Shown here piece after piece: positions 60,662-64,000 of a DNA stretch of 64,000 nucleotides. The first letter of the stretch is position 1. Each line of letters starts with the position of its first letter. The stretch is from Takakia lepidozioides (lineage: Eukaryota > Plantae > Bryophyta), in contig CM060731.1 in NCBI GenBank assembly GCA_030704615.1, forward strand, positions 28,396,001 to 28,460,000, given 5' to 3'. The notes under the pieces were generated by a model, which was not told the DNA's origin, made no database searches, and worked only from the letters and a program-made list of their open reading frames with translations. A program made the translations under genes and the position numbers.

Positions 60662-61238
60662 ACATACCACAGCGTGTCACAGCCTATCACAGCTTACCAC
60701 AGTGCATCACAGCCTATCACAGGGTAACACAGTATAACACAGCCTGTCACAGCTCAACACAGCCTACTAAAGTTACACCATCCATAGAATCAGTGGCAAG
60801 TGGACACATAATAACTTCAGGAAAATGGATGACGGAAGAGGAAACGGAAATTACTTTAAAAATAGACACGTGGAGGTCAGGGTGCGACACACAGCAAAGA
60901 ATGAAGTGCAAGGACAGGTGTCAAAAAGAAAAAGGAAAGAACGGCCGTCAAATGGGATGAAAGGCGGGCCCATTAATGAATACGGAAAAAGGGAAACGGA
61001 ACGAACGGCAAGTACAGAAAAGCTGAATTCATGTCGCATGTGTGATCCTAGTGGACTATCCAACAGGGAAAGTCCACTAAAGAAGATAAAAGTTAAAATC
61101 CAGTCACAGCAGATACAGCCAATAGAAAACCAGAGAAATGATCAAGAAAATGGAAGAAAATTGGGCGCAAGAGGCGGCGTCGTTCTGAGTAACGGGCGTC
61201 TCGACAGGACAGGCCATAAATGCTATAACTTGGAAACT

Positions 61239-64000
61239 ATGGAGGAACTAACAGACTATACGCTCGCAATATTACTTACGCAGTGGCATAGACACGAAAC
61301 GACAAAGCAGAGCTTTTCTCTTGAGCAATGCTTGCAAGCCCCGCAGGCTTACAAGAGATTACCCATAGCTTTCTGCGGCAACCATACGTTTCTGCTTTGT
61401 GCACTACAGGCATTCCTGCAGTTGTTACAGCCAAAGCAGTTCTGTGAGTCTAAGATGAAGAGAGTGAGAGGAATGGAGGAAATCAGGGTGAAGAGCACCA
61501 CAATTCTGCAGAAACAAACGATGGCTACCCCACAGGCGATAAAGATACTGGAGGAGCTGAGATTGGAAGGATTGCAAAGCCTAGATTGGACACTACACCA
61601 TAGACAGTACATGTTACAATTTTTGCAGAACTTTGAGCCAAGGACAGGAACAACAACGGTGAAGGGAGTTGAATTAATGATTACTCCCCTATACCTCCAG
61701 CAATTGTTTCAATTGCCAGCAGGTCAGGTGCATGTGGGGGAACATAGGGCAAGACTGCAAATAGGGGACTTATTCCAAGAAGGGAGTTTCTTTAAAACTC
61801 AGGGTTATGCTTGTACCAAAGCTGTGTACCCAGGGTTAAAAGAGATAGGCCAGGTATTGAACGTTCTGTTTGCCCTGAAACAGAACCAACAATATTTGAG
61901 CAGATCCTTCACGGAGGAAATACTCAAAGGCCTGAAGGGACAAGAGGTACAATGGGCGGACATAATGTACAACGCACTAGTAGAGGAGATGAAAAGATTA
62001 CAAGGTACTACCGCAAAGTCTCCTATCATAGTGTCTAGCCCAATCATTGCTCAAATAATCCTTAATTCTGGCATACTTAATGCACAAGAAAGGAAGGAAA
62101 TGGGAGTATTTGAGCCAGAAACAACTGCAATGGAAGAGCAAGGCTCTTCACACAGTGAGGGTGGACTAGCAGCCCAACCCGAGACTAAGAGGCAGAGAAG
62201 GGGAAAGACTGTAGTGGCGGATCCACTGGCTTCACGGATTCCGCATGATAATGTTTCCCAAGCTCATGACCAGGAAGGGGCACAGCAGCACAAAAGAATG
62301 TTATTACTGGAAGCAAGACCTTCAGAGAGGGAGGAGGAAGTTACTTCTGCATCACAGCCAACACAGCCACTTGAACGACTTGTCACAAGGTCACAAGTTA
62401 TCCATGCAGCTCAACCCGAAATAATTGATTTGGAAAGTGAAGGGATAGATATTCCAACTACAGAACAGATAGTGGCAGAAATAGAGAAAGGGGACCTTCT
62501 CTATGAATATTCTGGTCTGGTCAAGGAGACAGAATTCCCAGAGGTGCAACAGTTGCCCAAGGGAATCCTGAGGTGCATATAATGCACACACCTGTGTTGG
62601 AGGTACCACAGGCGGAAGGTCATGACACTGTAACACCAGTCATAGATGAAGTAGTTCAGGAAGAAAATCCGGTGGGACAATGGCCTGAATGGTTAGTGAG
62701 ACATCATACTGTTGAAGATCGGGAGGAACAACAGCAACCTCACCATGATGACCCTCAACAGGCAATGCTGATGAGTTCCATAGGCAGGACACTTAATTTG
62801 TTGGGGACTTATGTCAAATCCCATGTTCCAATTACCCAATTGACAGCCTTGAAAGAGGAACTCAGGAAGGAGTTTGAGGCTCGACTTGCCACTGAGTGTG
62901 CAAACAAGGTCGATGAAGAGGTCACTCTCAAGATGAAGCAGGACTTGGGCAATACAGAAATGGCTTTGCAGTTGGCCAAGCAACAATTGATTGAGGCAAA
63001 CCTCGCGCAAGACCAGTTGCACGAAGCACATAAGCAACAGCTATACCAAATGCAGGTGCAGCATGAAAGCAAGTTGCAAGAACTGAATGCACTACATACG
63101 GAGTTGCAGACAGTGCATAACAGGATGGCGATACAATGTGCTACATTTACAACTATGCTTGACCAATCAACAAAAGAAATAAACAGTCAAGCGGAAAAAT
63201 GTACGAAGGCAGAAGAAGAGAATGTTGAGCAAATGAAGCTCATTGTCGATATGAAGAATACAATCTGTCGCCATGAAGATACTTTCAAGCAATACAGGCA
63301 GAGGGAAGCTGATCAAGAGAAACACATCGTGGAGTTGCAACAAACCATCGTGGCCAATAGAAATGAAATCGCGGTCAGTAACAAGGCTTCGAAGGAAGCC
63401 AATAATCTACTTGCTGCCTATGCGCAATTGGTTGAGCCACAGGCGAAGCGCATGGAGGCTTTACAACAGCAGTTGGAATTGTACAAGCTAAGAGAGGAGC
63501 AAACTCTCAGGGGAACCACAAGCAGCTTGGTGGATAACAGCCTTATGCAGGTCTGGTTAGCACAAGGGCCAGTAGAGGGCAAACGCCCACGGAAGCTCAC
63601 CCAAAGCGAGATGAATGAGCTCAGACTGCAGGTGCAGAACATTGCCACAACTACTATAGACAATGTCTATAGTAGGATAGCAGAGTTACAAGAGGATGTA
63701 GACGGACTCCAGACTCAAGTGGAAAACCTCACTTCAAACATCGACCAAAGAGTCTATATCCCTCAGGAACAGCTAATGGCTTCTTATTTGCAAGCCAGAA
63801 CTCTGGCTTTTCAATCTTCACAGGAGGTGCAGGAGATGCCAATGATACAGGAGCCAGTACCACCACCACCACAACATGTCAGTGTACCAGTAGCTGAACC
63901 TGTGGTTACTACAACCACACCACAGCCACCACAGCCGGAGGTATGGGGCAATGCCGCTTTTAAATGTTCGATTTGGCTTGGAAAGAATTTAGTCCTCCGC
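61239..64000 (+). CDS. Additional 3' ORF of the large Gypsy element: plant transposon-protein-like domain plus a long coiled coil (frameshift near 62560; open to the window end)
   Basis: MLQFLQNF...TVKGVELMITPLYLQQLFQLP...QWADIMYNALVEEMKR resembles extra ORFs of Athila/Tat/SIRE elements. A second frame from ~62570 reads through E/Q/K/L heptads without a stop seen. The true start is uncertain. Confidence 0.7.

Larger units (their letters stand above)
45692..64000 (+). mobile_element. Large non-chromovirus Ty3/Gypsy LTR retrotransposon (Arg PBS), truncated by the window end
   Basis: 5' LTR TG...CA at 45692-46657; PBS TGGCGACCATACTGGGGAC at 46660-46678; gag-pol at ~47290-53640; extra ORFs upstream and downstream; hosts the nested chromovirus. 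Confidence 0.9.

Overview
Plant nuclear DNA, probably from a non-seed or early-diverging streptophyte. The lineage is inferred from plant-type genes, spliceosomal introns with G-rich acceptors and the TE families present; the species cannot be named. A gene island at about 8.7-33.5 kb holds four multi-exon genes reconstructed by hand: mitochondrial ATP synthase subunit e (+, missed by the ORF track), the PRC1 E3 ligase RING1 (-), an ASR3/SH4-type trihelix transcription factor (+) and CCT7/TCP1-eta (-, with two GC-donor introns and a 1.6-kb intronic satellite). The left flank has a decayed chromovirus LTR element, a CACTA terminus and an L1 remnant. The right flank has an intron-containing Crypton-like tyrosine recombinase pseudogene, a CACTA TnpD transposase with a divergent partner gene, and a spliced beta-class N4C/N6A DNA amino-methyltransferase gene. 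The methyltransferase gene is interrupted by a large Arg-PBS non-chromovirus Gypsy element with extra ORFs on both sides of gag-pol. That element in turn contains an intact, very young chromovirus (53642-60661, TSD ACATA). The best candidates for undescribed biology are the CACTA-linked amino-methyltransferase and the plant Crypton-like element with palindromic end motifs. All domain calls are motif recognition by eye; no database search was run.
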